Notes under the pieces: model-generated
What the model was told of the DNA's origin: nothing
Database searches by the model: none
What the model saw: only the letters and a program-made list of their open reading frames with translations
Translations under genes and position numbers: made by a program
Part shown: piece by piece, positions 8,901-17,600 of the stretch
Position numbering within the stretch: the first letter of the stretch is position 1
How the letters are laid out: each line of letters starts with the position of its first letter
NCBI GenBank assembly: GCA_900546635.1
Contig: URDS01000001.1
Location: 13,306-77,305 of the forward strand
DNA from: an uncultured Eubacteriales bacterium
Lineage (GTDB): Bacteria > Bacillota > Clostridia > Oscillospirales > CAG-272
Direction: 5' to 3'
Length of the DNA stretch: 64,000 bases

Positions 8901-9670
8901 ATCGTGCCGCCGTTTACCGTAATAACCGCATTTTTGGAAAATTGCTTTTCAACCGATGCGCCGTATAGTTTGGAAATTGTACCGCCGGAGACGGTGATGG
9001 TATGTGTACCGGTAAATGTCATATTGGAAGCGCCGGTGGCCAGTTGCCTTGTGCCGCCGACAACCATGTAAAACGTGCCGCTTTTTATGGTAATATGGGA
9101 GTCTTTCGTCACGTCTACACCGTTTTCGGGATTTTGATAGCCTCCGACGACATAAATACCGTTTCCTGTATCGGTATTTTTTGTTATCACGCCGGTGCCG
9201 AATGTAATGTCGTTGTAGTTGGCTACAAAATTCAGTGTCTTGGCGTATTCTATTTTGATTTTTTCAAAAGTGGTATCGCCTTTCAGTTGATAGCGAAGCG
9301 CGCTTCCGAAACTCAGTTTTGCACCGCTTTGGCCGTAGTTGGTAGTGCCGTCGCTCGTAGAAACGATGATCGGCGCTGTGTGCTCCGGCTCTGTGACACT
9401 GGCGGGAAAAGAATACGCATTCATAATTACGATTCTGCCGCCGGTATCTTTCAGTACATTGACAGCGCGCGTGAATGTTTTAAAAGGGGCGCTTGGACTG
9501 GTGCCTGCCGCCTGGTCGTTTCCGGTAGACGAGTGGACATAAACGATTTCGTTTCCGGCATCGGCCGCAGACATATCGATCTGCAGCATAATACAGGCCA
9601 ATAAAGTGCAGAGTGTGGCAAGGACAAAAAGGGTGAAACATTTTGCTGCGCGAAATGAAACGTTTTTCAT
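5909..9670 (-). CDS. giant secreted protein A: signal/lipobox-like N-terminus, 3 beta-helix-like modules, C-terminal GH43 domain
   Basis: 1253 aa. N-terminal hydrophobic signal containing LLAC. C-terminal 362 aa carry GH43-type motifs NPIRSNGADPW, WSPEIHYF and KVVEGGTAVYGSDG. RBS GTGAGG. Confidence 0.85.
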   Translation of the reverse strand: MKNVSFRAAKCFTLFVLATLCTLLACIMLQIDMSAADAGNEIVYVHSSTGNDQAAGTSPSAPFKTFTRAVNVLKDTGGRIVIMNAYSFPASVTEPEHTAPIIVSTSDGTTNYGQSGAKLSFGSALRYQLKGDTTFEKIKIEYAKTLNFVANYNDITFGTGVITKNTDTGNGIYVVGGYQNPENGVDVTKDSHITIKSGTFYMVVGGTRQLATGASNMTFTGTHTITVSGGTISKLYGASVEKQFSKNAVITVNGGTIYQLFTGGDVTRRLNGNATVRLNGGTIHELSVNNVVGQANIFLSGANVRAASVSYYSDEIKELAKEAGKTKKLSFTTFYDPTAIKLLGADFDSVKNNIQIFAKENATGSGASLASPTSFASAFEKAAKAGGTIVVMETISVNNFTEPAHSEEIFIQGYPGAALSVSGTYTLGGTTTIENLNLIANGSMFQTAGHFLTVRGLSGMSGKANVTGSGALYDGNYATVNGGTARAEILIDGAAVDTLIGGTKSTAIELRSGSVGTLKTSESTIEDFSLKITAGSIERLEFCGVTNTLRIELLGGAIDAYTATGNNVQGTAVLNEAVYTPADLSAVASVFSIYDESVVYLKDSGTGNGSTPASPLGNLSAAYTALPNGGTIVICGDYTLSQAFINVQNTEKITITSVYGSTDYAKTNNAKLILKANFYCGGETEIRDITLVCAKNYGSFFGCGYRFTLGNNITSEKAADINTYMSVMGGSASNINRPATDLTINSGKWQRVRGGNSTGSTKVLDVKLTVNGGEFSERVTLGSGTAHNGAIHATINGGTFYAGLYAFTPENAQLSLNSAVTLTLNGGTFYGTLAASSTKLGTYTGSYTVYVNGGNFAHSTDLIGTQALSGSMTSSLHVADKIDLTAQETGTMSFTNPIRSNGADPWLFFYEGNYYYIATGNTRLALYKAANIGDLKYAAQKIIYEPAEGQMWSQDLWSPEIHYFSPEDFGAEYAGWYCFIACDDGENINHRMYVIKCLTDDLQGPWGHPVTGEVNVPIKVTSPSNPALTNDAWAAGQTIIRINGQLYTMWVGEVGRATSNFYQTINIARLSNPWTISGAHGVICTPEYSWEMGGAAYNPNTGAAYPKVVEGGTAVYGSDGSVYVVYSGSGYWTTEYKLGQLKYLGGDPTDQSSWQKRSTPIFSKSDSINGCGHASYITDTDGNTWICYHAYTGTDTSSGRFAFVEPYTANTNGVVIGNKTKKPASIHTVYTVNLNPRPLTNKISSFDSIIQSN

Positions 9671-9825
9671 AGGCTACCTCACTAAAATTATTTTGCTTTC
9701 GCAATAAAATCTTAACACGTTTACCAAAAAATGGAAACACAAAATTTTTACCATTTTATGGAAATGTTTGGGCGTCATATTCGATGATTCAACAAAATTC
9801 TTTAAAAAGCTGCCTGAAAGACTCC

Positions 9826-9854
9826 TTGAAAAAAGAGAATACATATGCTATACT
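9826..9854 (+). promoter_or_regulatory. consensus-like promoter inside the spacer between GH43 genes A and B
   Basis: TTGAAA-N17-TATACT on the plus strand, facing the 21-bp-stem terminator at 10053-10098. Confidence 0.35.
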
Positions 9855-10098
9855 ACATAGATGGGATCAAATAATCGGATTTCACCGTCATACAGTTGGC
9901 TTTGTTGACAAAAAGCGACCATATGGCTTTTTGTGGGCTTTTCAGTACGCAAATTTGGTTGCCGGCAGTAAATTGAACGGGAATACGAATCGCGTATATA
10001 GGGAGTATTGGAACCAGTACATGCGTTATGTCATTATTGAAGAGAAAATATGAAAAAGAGAGGGCGTGTTTTTCCATAAAAACACGCCCTCTCTTTTT
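9855..10098 (+). ncRNA. candidate small transcript (promoter-to-terminator unit), unclassified
   Basis: About 240 nt bounded by the promoter above and a perfect hairpin terminator. No RBS-led ORF. Local hairpins are present, e.g. AAAAAGC-N9-GCTTTTT at 9911-9933. Confidence 0.2.
10053..10098. terminator. bidirectional terminator, perfect 21-bp stem
   Basis: AAAAAGAGAGGGCGTGTTTTT-CCAT-AAAAACACGCCCTCTCTTTTT immediately downstream of GH43 gene B. Confidence 0.85.
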
Positions 10099-10113
10099 CA
10101 GTAGGAACGATGT

Positions 10114-13100
10114 TCAGTTGACGGCGCGAGTGTCGGGCAGGGCAATGCGGGTGAATAGGACACAGGCTTCGCTGCGCCGGATTTCGTCATTTGGCCGATA
10201 GTTCCCAGTGTCGGTATCTCCGCCGACAATGCCCGCGTTATAGAGCTTTTGTACGGCGCCGTAACAGGCCATATCGCTTGAAACATCCGGATTTGTGCCG
10301 CTGCGAAGGGCGGTATATTCCGTTTCCGGCAGAATACCGGCAAATACGATCGCCATATCGCCGCGGGAAATATTTGCATCGTAATTTGAAAATTGACCTG
10401 CTGTGATGATATTGTTTTCAAGGCAGTACTCGACATACGGCGCGTACCAATTGGCGGCGCCCACGGCGTTGATTTCTTTTTGATAGTAGATGCTGTGAAT
10501 GTTGGCTGCTGCGGTCAGCGCCTGCGCGACGGTAAAGTTGGAATCCGGGCTGAATGCGCGCTCTCCGGTACCGTTGGCGAGACCGATTTCATAAGCGCTT
10601 TTTATGAACGTGTAAAACCAATGAGATACGGAAATATCGGTAAATTGATTTTGATACGTGCGAATCGGCGGAAACTTTTCGGAGGTTTGGAGGGTGGAAT
10701 GAAAACCGTCAATTTTCTCTGCAAGCGGCCGCGGGTTGAGATTGACTGTATAAACCGTATCAATATCCGCAGGCTTTTTGGATCCGCTGCCGATCACCAC
10801 ACCGTTTTTGTCCGCCGTGTAGGGCTCGACGAATGCATATCTTCCGCTCGATGTGTCGGTTCCGATATAGGCGTGATAGCAGATCCATCCCTGACCGTCC
10901 GTATCGGTTACGTAGGACGCATGACCGCAGCCGTTGATGCTTTCGGATTTTGACAAAATCGGTGTGGGCAATTTTTCCCAGTTCTTGATGTCGAGCGGAT
11001 CGCCGCCGAGGTATTTGAGTTGTCCGAGCTTGTATTCGGTTGTCCAGTATCCGCTGCCTGAGTAAACGATATAAATTGAACCGTCGCTGCCGTATACGGC
11101 CGTTCCGCCCTCGACGACTTTCGGATAACCCGTACCGGTAGAGGCGTCATACGAATAACCGCCCATTTCCCAGGAATACTCCGGGACGCAGATTACGCCG
11201 TATGAGTCGGTGATCGTCCACGGATTGGAGAGCTTTGCAATGTTGATCGTCTGGTGGAAATCCGGGGTGTTGCGGCCGGTTTCACCGACCCACATGGTGT
11301 AAAATTGACCGTTTATCCGAATACCCGTTTGACCGGCAGCCCATGTTTCATTGGTCAGTTTGGGGTTATCCGGGCTTTCCACTTTGATCGGCACATTTGC
11401 CTCTTTGGTAAGCGGATGTCCCCACGGTCCCATTAAATCGTCTGTCAGACATTTGATCACATACATGCGGTGATTGACATTATCGCCGTCGTCACAGGCG
11501 ATAAAGCAATACCAGCCTGCGTATTCCTCGCTGAAATCTTCCGGGCCAAAGTAATGAATTTCGGGTGACCAAAGGCTTTTCGACCACATTGTTCCCTCGG
11601 CCGGTTTGTAGATTAACTTTCCGGGATCATATTTTAAGTCACCGATGTTTGCCGCTTTATACAGCTTTAACTGCGATCCGGTGGTGGCAATATAGTAGTA
11701 ATTGCCCTCGTGAAAGAACAGCCAGGGATCTGCGCCGTTTTGACGGATCGGATTGGTAAAGGACATGGTGCCGGTTTCGTTTTGGCGGATGTCGATATAA
11801 GGAGCATGGTACAGTGTACTCGTCATACCGCCGTTTAGCGCTTCTGTGCCGAGAAAGTCGGTAACATGAGCGAACTCGCCGCCGTTGATGCGGACAGTAT
11901 AGCTGCCTGCATACGTTCCGAGTTTTGTGCTGGCCGCGGCGATGGTACCGTAAACGGTTCCGCCGTTGATTGTAAGCGTAATATTGGAATTCAGCGAAAG
12001 GTTGTTTGAATCCAGCGTGGAGGCAAAAATCCCCTGGTAGAAAGTGCCGCCGTTGATTTCGGCATGAATGTCGCCGTTGTGCGAAAGCGCTCCGCCGAGC
12101 GTGAGTCGTTCAAAAAATTCTCCGCCGTTGACGGTCAAACGGACATCAAGCGTTTTGCTGCCGTTTGTCGCGTTGCCGCCGCGTACTCTTTGCCATTTGC
12201 CGCTGCTGATGGTCAGGTCGGTTTCGGGACGGCTGATTGAGGAGGCCCCGCCGCCCATGACAGAAAGGTATGTGTTGATATTGACGGCTTTTTCACAGGT
12301 AATACGATCGCCGAGCGTCAGCTTGTAACCGTTTCCGTAAAGCGCGCTGTAGTTTTTTTCACAGACAAGCGTGATGTCGTGAAATTCGGTTTCACCCCCG
12401 CAATAGAAGTTGGCCTGAAAATGCAGTTTGGCTTTATTTGACTTTGCATAGTCTATGCCGTCGTATACGGAGGTAATGGTGATTTTGGAAGGATTTGTCA
12501 CGTTGATAAAAGCTTCGCTTACGGTGTAATCGCCGCAGACCACGATAACGCCTCCGTTTGGCAGGGCAGTATAAGCGTCTTTGAGACTGCCGAGCGGCTG
12601 CGAGGGCGTTATACCGTTGCCGGTGCCGCCGTTTGCAAGATAAACCGCATTTTCTTCACGGATGGAAAATAGGGAAGCGGCGTCGCCGAGGTCGGAGAGA
12701 CGATAGAGCGATTGGTTTAGCTTGAGCGTACCCGGTACGCATTTGCCGCCCAGTATATAGGTATCGATTTTGCCGCCGTACAGGATGAGATCAAGCTGCT
12801 CTGTCACGTTGTTTAATTCCAGCTTCTGTATATTGCCGCCGCTGATGTTGAGGAAGAAACGCTTGATTTTACTGTCGGCGGTTTTGACGGTGTTGATGAT
12901 GCCGCTGATAATTTCAATTTCGGCCGATTTTGTACCGCCGACAATCGTGTTTGCAATCGCACCGTCCAGCGTGATGGATGCGTTTGCATTGCCGCCGCTG
13001 ATCGTTCCGAAAATGCCGGTGTACAGCGCGGCGGAACCGGTCACATCGGCTTTACCGGACATTTTGACGGTATCCTGAATGATGAGATTCCCGTTTTGGG

Positions 13101-14445
13101 CATCAAAAACGCATGAATTTGCCGTAAGCGCGATATTATCAAATGTCGTTTTGCCGTTCAGCGTGTAAACACCGCCGACGATGAGCGCGCCGTTTTGGTC
13201 TGTACCGGTGATCTGCACGTCGGCGCTGTGTTCGGGTTCCGAAAAATTATGGAGTTGAACGGTGCCGACGACGGCAATTTCACCGCCCATTTTCGCAGCT
13301 TTTGTAAATGCGTCGGCAAAAGATGCGGGATCGGAGAGGGAAGCGCCGGTTCCGGCGGCACCGTCCTTCGCGTAAACCTTCGTAATATTGACGGTCGCAT
13401 CAAAATCCGGGGTAACAAGCCCGATTTGCGACGGTTCGTAAAAGAGCGCGTTGTAATAAAGCGTTTTTGGCTTGTTGGACTTTCTTGCAAGCTCGGTAAC
13501 TTCCGCATTGTTGTAGGACACCGTGGCTTTTTTGACGGTTGCGCCGGTCAGATATACGTCGGCTTTCCCAATGACGTTGTTGATGTGCAGTTGGTTGATG
13601 GTTCCGCCTGAAAGCGTTAAAAGCGCATTTCCGTTCAGCCGGCGGGAAACATCGCCGCCTGTGAACAGTTGGTTAATTCTTCCGCCGCTGACCGTGATTT
13701 TTGCATGATTGGAGTATTGGCGCTGCATGGAAGCGCCGTACACCTTAGAAATTAGGCCGCCGGAAATATCAATGTAATGCGTGCCGGTAAAGGCCATGTT
13801 CTCCGCGCCGGGAGCAATGTGCCTCGAACCGCCGATTACGGTGAAAAACGTACCGCTTTGGATTGTAATATGCGAGTCTTTTGTTATGTCCGCATCATTT
13901 GACGGGTTTTGGTAACCGCCGACGATATACACGCCGTCGCCGGCCCCCGTGTTTTGGGTTGTGACGCCCGTTCCGAAGGTAATGCGGTTGTAATTGGCCA
14001 CAAAGTTGAGCGTGTTTCCAAATTCGATCCGGATATTTTCAAATCCGGTATTGCCGTTTAGTATGTAGCGGAGCGTATTGCCGAAAAGGAGTTTCGCGCC
14101 GTTTTTTCCGTAGTCGGTCACACCGTCGCTTGATGTGATCGTGATCGAGCCGGTATGCCTTGGTTCGGTCATACCCGAGGAGAATGTATAGGCGTTCATG
14201 ACAACGATTCGCCCGCCGCTGTCCTTTAACCGATCGATTGCGACGGGGAGTGTTTTGAGCGGCGTTTCCGGTGTGGTGCCGGCCGCTTCGTCATTGCCGG
14301 CTTTAGAATCAACGTACACAACGATCTCCTCCGCGCTTGCCGCGGATGCATTCATTTGAAAGGCAAAAAATGTAAGTAGAGCGCATAGTGTGAGCATACA
14401 CAGACAGAGTATCCGTTTCGCGAAGCGTTCAAAAGCAGGATTCAT
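10114..14445 (-). CDS. giant secreted protein B: signal peptide, 3 beta-helix-like modules, GH43 domain, 3 C-terminal SLH repeats
   Basis: 1443 aa, colinear with A and C. GH43 motifs NPIRQNGADPW, WSPEIHYF, VVEGGTAVYGSDG. An extra ~180-aa tail has SLH-like repeats (FTDISVSHWFYTFIKSAYEIGLANGTGERAFSPDSNFT...). Confidence 0.85.
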   Translation of the reverse strand: MNPAFERFAKRILCLCMLTLCALLTFFAFQMNASAASAEEIVVYVDSKAGNDEAAGTTPETPLKTLPVAIDRLKDSGGRIVVMNAYTFSSGMTEPRHTGSITITSSDGVTDYGKNGAKLLFGNTLRYILNGNTGFENIRIEFGNTLNFVANYNRITFGTGVTTQNTGAGDGVYIVGGYQNPSNDADITKDSHITIQSGTFFTVIGGSRHIAPGAENMAFTGTHYIDISGGLISKVYGASMQRQYSNHAKITVSGGRINQLFTGGDVSRRLNGNALLTLSGGTINQLHINNVIGKADVYLTGATVKKATVSYNNAEVTELARKSNKPKTLYYNALFYEPSQIGLVTPDFDATVNITKVYAKDGAAGTGASLSDPASFADAFTKAAKMGGEIAVVGTVQLHNFSEPEHSADVQITGTDQNGALIVGGVYTLNGKTTFDNIALTANSCVFDAQNGNLIIQDTVKMSGKADVTGSAALYTGIFGTISGGNANASITLDGAIANTIVGGTKSAEIEIISGIINTVKTADSKIKRFFLNISGGNIQKLELNNVTEQLDLILYGGKIDTYILGGKCVPGTLKLNQSLYRLSDLGDAASLFSIREENAVYLANGGTGNGITPSQPLGSLKDAYTALPNGGVIVVCGDYTVSEAFINVTNPSKITITSVYDGIDYAKSNKAKLHFQANFYCGGETEFHDITLVCEKNYSALYGNGYKLTLGDRITCEKAVNINTYLSVMGGGASSISRPETDLTISSGKWQRVRGGNATNGSKTLDVRLTVNGGEFFERLTLGGALSHNGDIHAEINGGTFYQGIFASTLDSNNLSLNSNITLTINGGTVYGTIAAASTKLGTYAGSYTVRINGGEFAHVTDFLGTEALNGGMTSTLYHAPYIDIRQNETGTMSFTNPIRQNGADPWLFFHEGNYYYIATTGSQLKLYKAANIGDLKYDPGKLIYKPAEGTMWSKSLWSPEIHYFGPEDFSEEYAGWYCFIACDDGDNVNHRMYVIKCLTDDLMGPWGHPLTKEANVPIKVESPDNPKLTNETWAAGQTGIRINGQFYTMWVGETGRNTPDFHQTINIAKLSNPWTITDSYGVICVPEYSWEMGGYSYDASTGTGYPKVVEGGTAVYGSDGSIYIVYSGSGYWTTEYKLGQLKYLGGDPLDIKNWEKLPTPILSKSESINGCGHASYVTDTDGQGWICYHAYIGTDTSSGRYAFVEPYTADKNGVVIGSGSKKPADIDTVYTVNLNPRPLAEKIDGFHSTLQTSEKFPPIRTYQNQFTDISVSHWFYTFIKSAYEIGLANGTGERAFSPDSNFTVAQALTAAANIHSIYYQKEINAVGAANWYAPYVEYCLENNIITAGQFSNYDANISRGDMAIVFAGILPETEYTALRSGTNPDVSSDMACYGAVQKLYNAGIVGGDTDTGNYRPNDEIRRSEACVLFTRIALPDTRAVN

Positions 14446-14508
14446 AGGCTTACCTCATGAAAGTAAAATTTGCAGAGCGCGGGACAAGTGCAGCCGATCG
14501 TTTAAAAA

Positions 14509-14568
14509 GGAAAACATCCGGGGAGCGCAGCCGTTTTTCCAAATGTGCAGCGTTTCCGGATGTCTTCC
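14509..14568 (-). terminator. weak/long-loop terminator after GH43 gene C
   Basis: 13-bp arms GGAAGACATCCGG / CCGGATGTTTTCC (1 mismatch), a 34-nt loop, then TTTTT on the minus strand. The arms are homologous to the terminator after gene A. Confidence 0.45.
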
Positions 14569-14600
14569 GCATTTTTGTATTTTACGATCGTGTATCGTTT

Positions 14601-17600
14601 TTACTTTTCAATAGAACCAAAGTTGCTGATTTTTTCCGCCAGAGGTCTTGGATTGACGTTGACGGTATAGACTTTTGAGGGACTTTCGGGGCGCTTTGTG
14701 CCGTTTCCGATCACGACGCCGTTTTCATCGGCGGTGTAGGGTTCGACAAACGCATAGCGGCCGCTTGAGGTGTCCGTACCGAGGTATGCGTGATAGCAGA
14801 TCCACCCCTGACCGTCCGTATCGGTTACGTAGGATGCGTGACCGCAGCCGTTTAGCTCGTTTGATTTTGACAAAATCGGGGTGGGCAATTTTTCCCAGTT
14901 TTTGATGTCGAGCGGGTCGCCGCCGAGATATTTGAGTTGTCCGAGCTTATATTCGGTTGTCCAATATCCGCTGCCTGAGTAAACGATGTATACCGAGCCA
15001 TCGCTGCCATATACGGCCGTTCCGCCCTCTACAACCTGCGGGTGAACGCCGTCTTGTGAGCCGCCTTTTTCCCAAGTATATTCCGGTACGCAGATGACGC
15101 CGTATGATTTAGTGATCGTCCACGGGTTGGACAACTTTGCAATATTGATGGTCTGATGGAAATCCGATGTGCCGCGGCCGGTTTCGCCGACCCACATGGT
15201 GTAAAGCTGACCGTCAATGCGAATCGCCGTTTGACCTGCCGCCCATGTCTCGCTGGTCAGTTCGGGAACGTCCGGGCTTTCTACTTTAATCGGTACGTTT
15301 TCTTCTCCTGTAAGCGGATGCCCCCACGCACCCATAAGGTCATCTGTGAGGCATTTGATCACGTACATGCGGTGATTTGTATTGTCACCGTCATCGCAGG
15401 CAATAAAGCAATACCAACCGGCGTATTCCTCGCCGAAATCTTCAGGTCCGAAATAATGGATCTCAGGGGACCAGAGGTTTTTAGACCATGGTTTCCCGGC
15501 TTCGGGTTTATAAATCATTTGTCCGGCTGCGTAGGGAAGATCGCCGATATTGGCCGCTTTGTACAGCGTCAGCTGCGAGCCGGCCGTTGCAATGTAATAG
15601 TAGTTGCCGTCATGGTAAAAGAGCCACGGATCGGCGCCGTTTGAACGGATCGGATTGGTAAAGGACATGGTGCCGGTTTCTTTTGCATTGATGTCGATGC
15701 CGACTCCGACATGCAGAGAACTTGTCATAGTTCCGCTCATGCCTTCTGTTCCCGTAAGGTCGGTAAGATGGGAAAATTCGCCGCCGTTAATAGAAACGGT
15801 ATAGCTGCCGGTATAGGTTCCGAGTTTTTTGCGGGCCGGAGCAATGGTGCCGTAAACAGTACCGCCGTTTATGGTAAGCGTAACATTTGAATTTACCGAA
15901 AGATTGGTTGCTTCCAGCGTGGATGCGAAAATACCTTGGTAGAAGATACCGCCGTTTATTTCCGCGTGAATATCGCCGCTGTGCGCGGCGCCGCTGCCAA
16001 GCGTTACCGGTTCGACAAATTCGCCGCCGTTTACGGTGAGGTTAACGGTCATATTCGCCGCGTCGCTGGCGTTGCCGCCGCGTACTCTTTGCCATTTGCC
16101 GCTGTTAATGGTCAGATCCGTAGAGGAAAGTCCCGGCGTGCCTCCGCCCATTACGGAAAGATAGGTAGTTACGCTGCTGTGCTGTTCACTTATGATGTTG
16201 TCGCCGAGCGTCAGTTTATTTCCGTTTGCGTACAGCGAACAGTAGCGTTTCGCGCAGATCAGCGTGATGTCGCGGAACTCGGTTTCGCCGCCGCAGTAGA
16301 AATCCGCGCTGAATTGGAAATTCGCGTTGTTTGTCTTGGCATAGTCCGTATCGCCATATACGGATGTAATGGTGATCTTGGATGTATTCTGTAAATTGTT
16401 CAGTACGTTGCCGAGGGTATACGGACCGCAGATGACGATTACGCCGCCGCTTGGAAGCGCGGCATACGCGTCTTTCAGATTGCCAAACGGCATGGTGGGC
16501 GCCGTTCCGTTGCCTGTACCGCCGTTCATGAGGTAGACGACCTGTTCGTTGTTTACCGTGAACAGGGAAGCCGCCGCGCCGAGATCGGCCAGTTTGTAAA
16601 ATGCTTCATTCAGCTTGGCTGTCCCCTGTACGTTGCTGCCATTTACCGCATAGGAAGCGATTTTACCGCCGTACAGGATGATTTCCAGATGCTCGCTGAC
16701 ATTGTTGAATTCGAGTTTCTGCACGCTGCCGCCGCTGATATTCAGACGGAAGCGCCGAATGGCGTCCTCCGTGGTTTTCAGCGTACCGACCGTGCCATCG
16801 GTGATTTCAATATCGGCCGATGCCGTTCCGCCGATTACCGTATCTGCATTTGCGCCGTTTATGACGATAACCGCATCAGAATTGCCGCCGTTTACGATGC
16901 CGAAAGTACCGCTTTGCAGCACGGCGGAACCGATTACATCGGCTTTCCCGGACATGGTAACGCTCTCTTTGATCGTTAAGCTGCCGCCCTCGGCGTTCAA
17001 TGTAGATTTATCCGCGTTCAGTGTGATTTTTTCAAAAGCGGTTTCACCGCCTAAGGTATAGACGCCGTCGATCAGAAGCGAACTTTCTTTGGCAGCGCCT
17101 TTAATCAGGATTTTATCGCTGTGCGCGGGTTCTGTAAAGTTTTTGATTTCAAGTGTATCGATGATTGCGATTTCACCGCCCATTTTGGCCGCTTTGGCAA
17201 ACGCATCGGCAAAAGAAGCAGGATCGGTTTCAGTGGCGCCGGTGCCGGCAGCGCCCTCTTTCGCGTAAATTTTCGTACTGTTCGTTGTAGCGTCAAACTT
17301 TGAACCGATCGATTCGATAAAGGTCGGCTCATAGAAGAGCGCATTGTAATAAAGTGTTTTAATAGCGCCCGATTTTTTTGCAAGCTCGGTAATTTCCGCG
17401 TTGGCGTAGGAGATCGAAACGTTTTTGACAGTTGTTCCGGTCAGATGCACATTTGCTGCGCCGACGACATTGTTGATGTTTAGCTGATCGACCGCACCGC
17501 CGGAAAGCGTAACGGTCGCATTGCCGTTGAGTCGGCGGGTGGCGTCACCGCCTGTGAACAACTGTTTGACCGTACCGCCGCTGACGGTAATGTTGGCGTT

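Noticed and set aside
9784-10053. 89-aa plus-strand ORF in the spacer between GH43 genes A and B (and the 74-aa minus-strand ORF at 9853-10077).
   Set aside because: There is no Shine-Dalgarno sequence. The start lies upstream of the only promoter-like element. The composition is odd (HRWDQIIGFHRH). The minus-strand ORF starts inside the terminator stem. I treated the region as non-coding.
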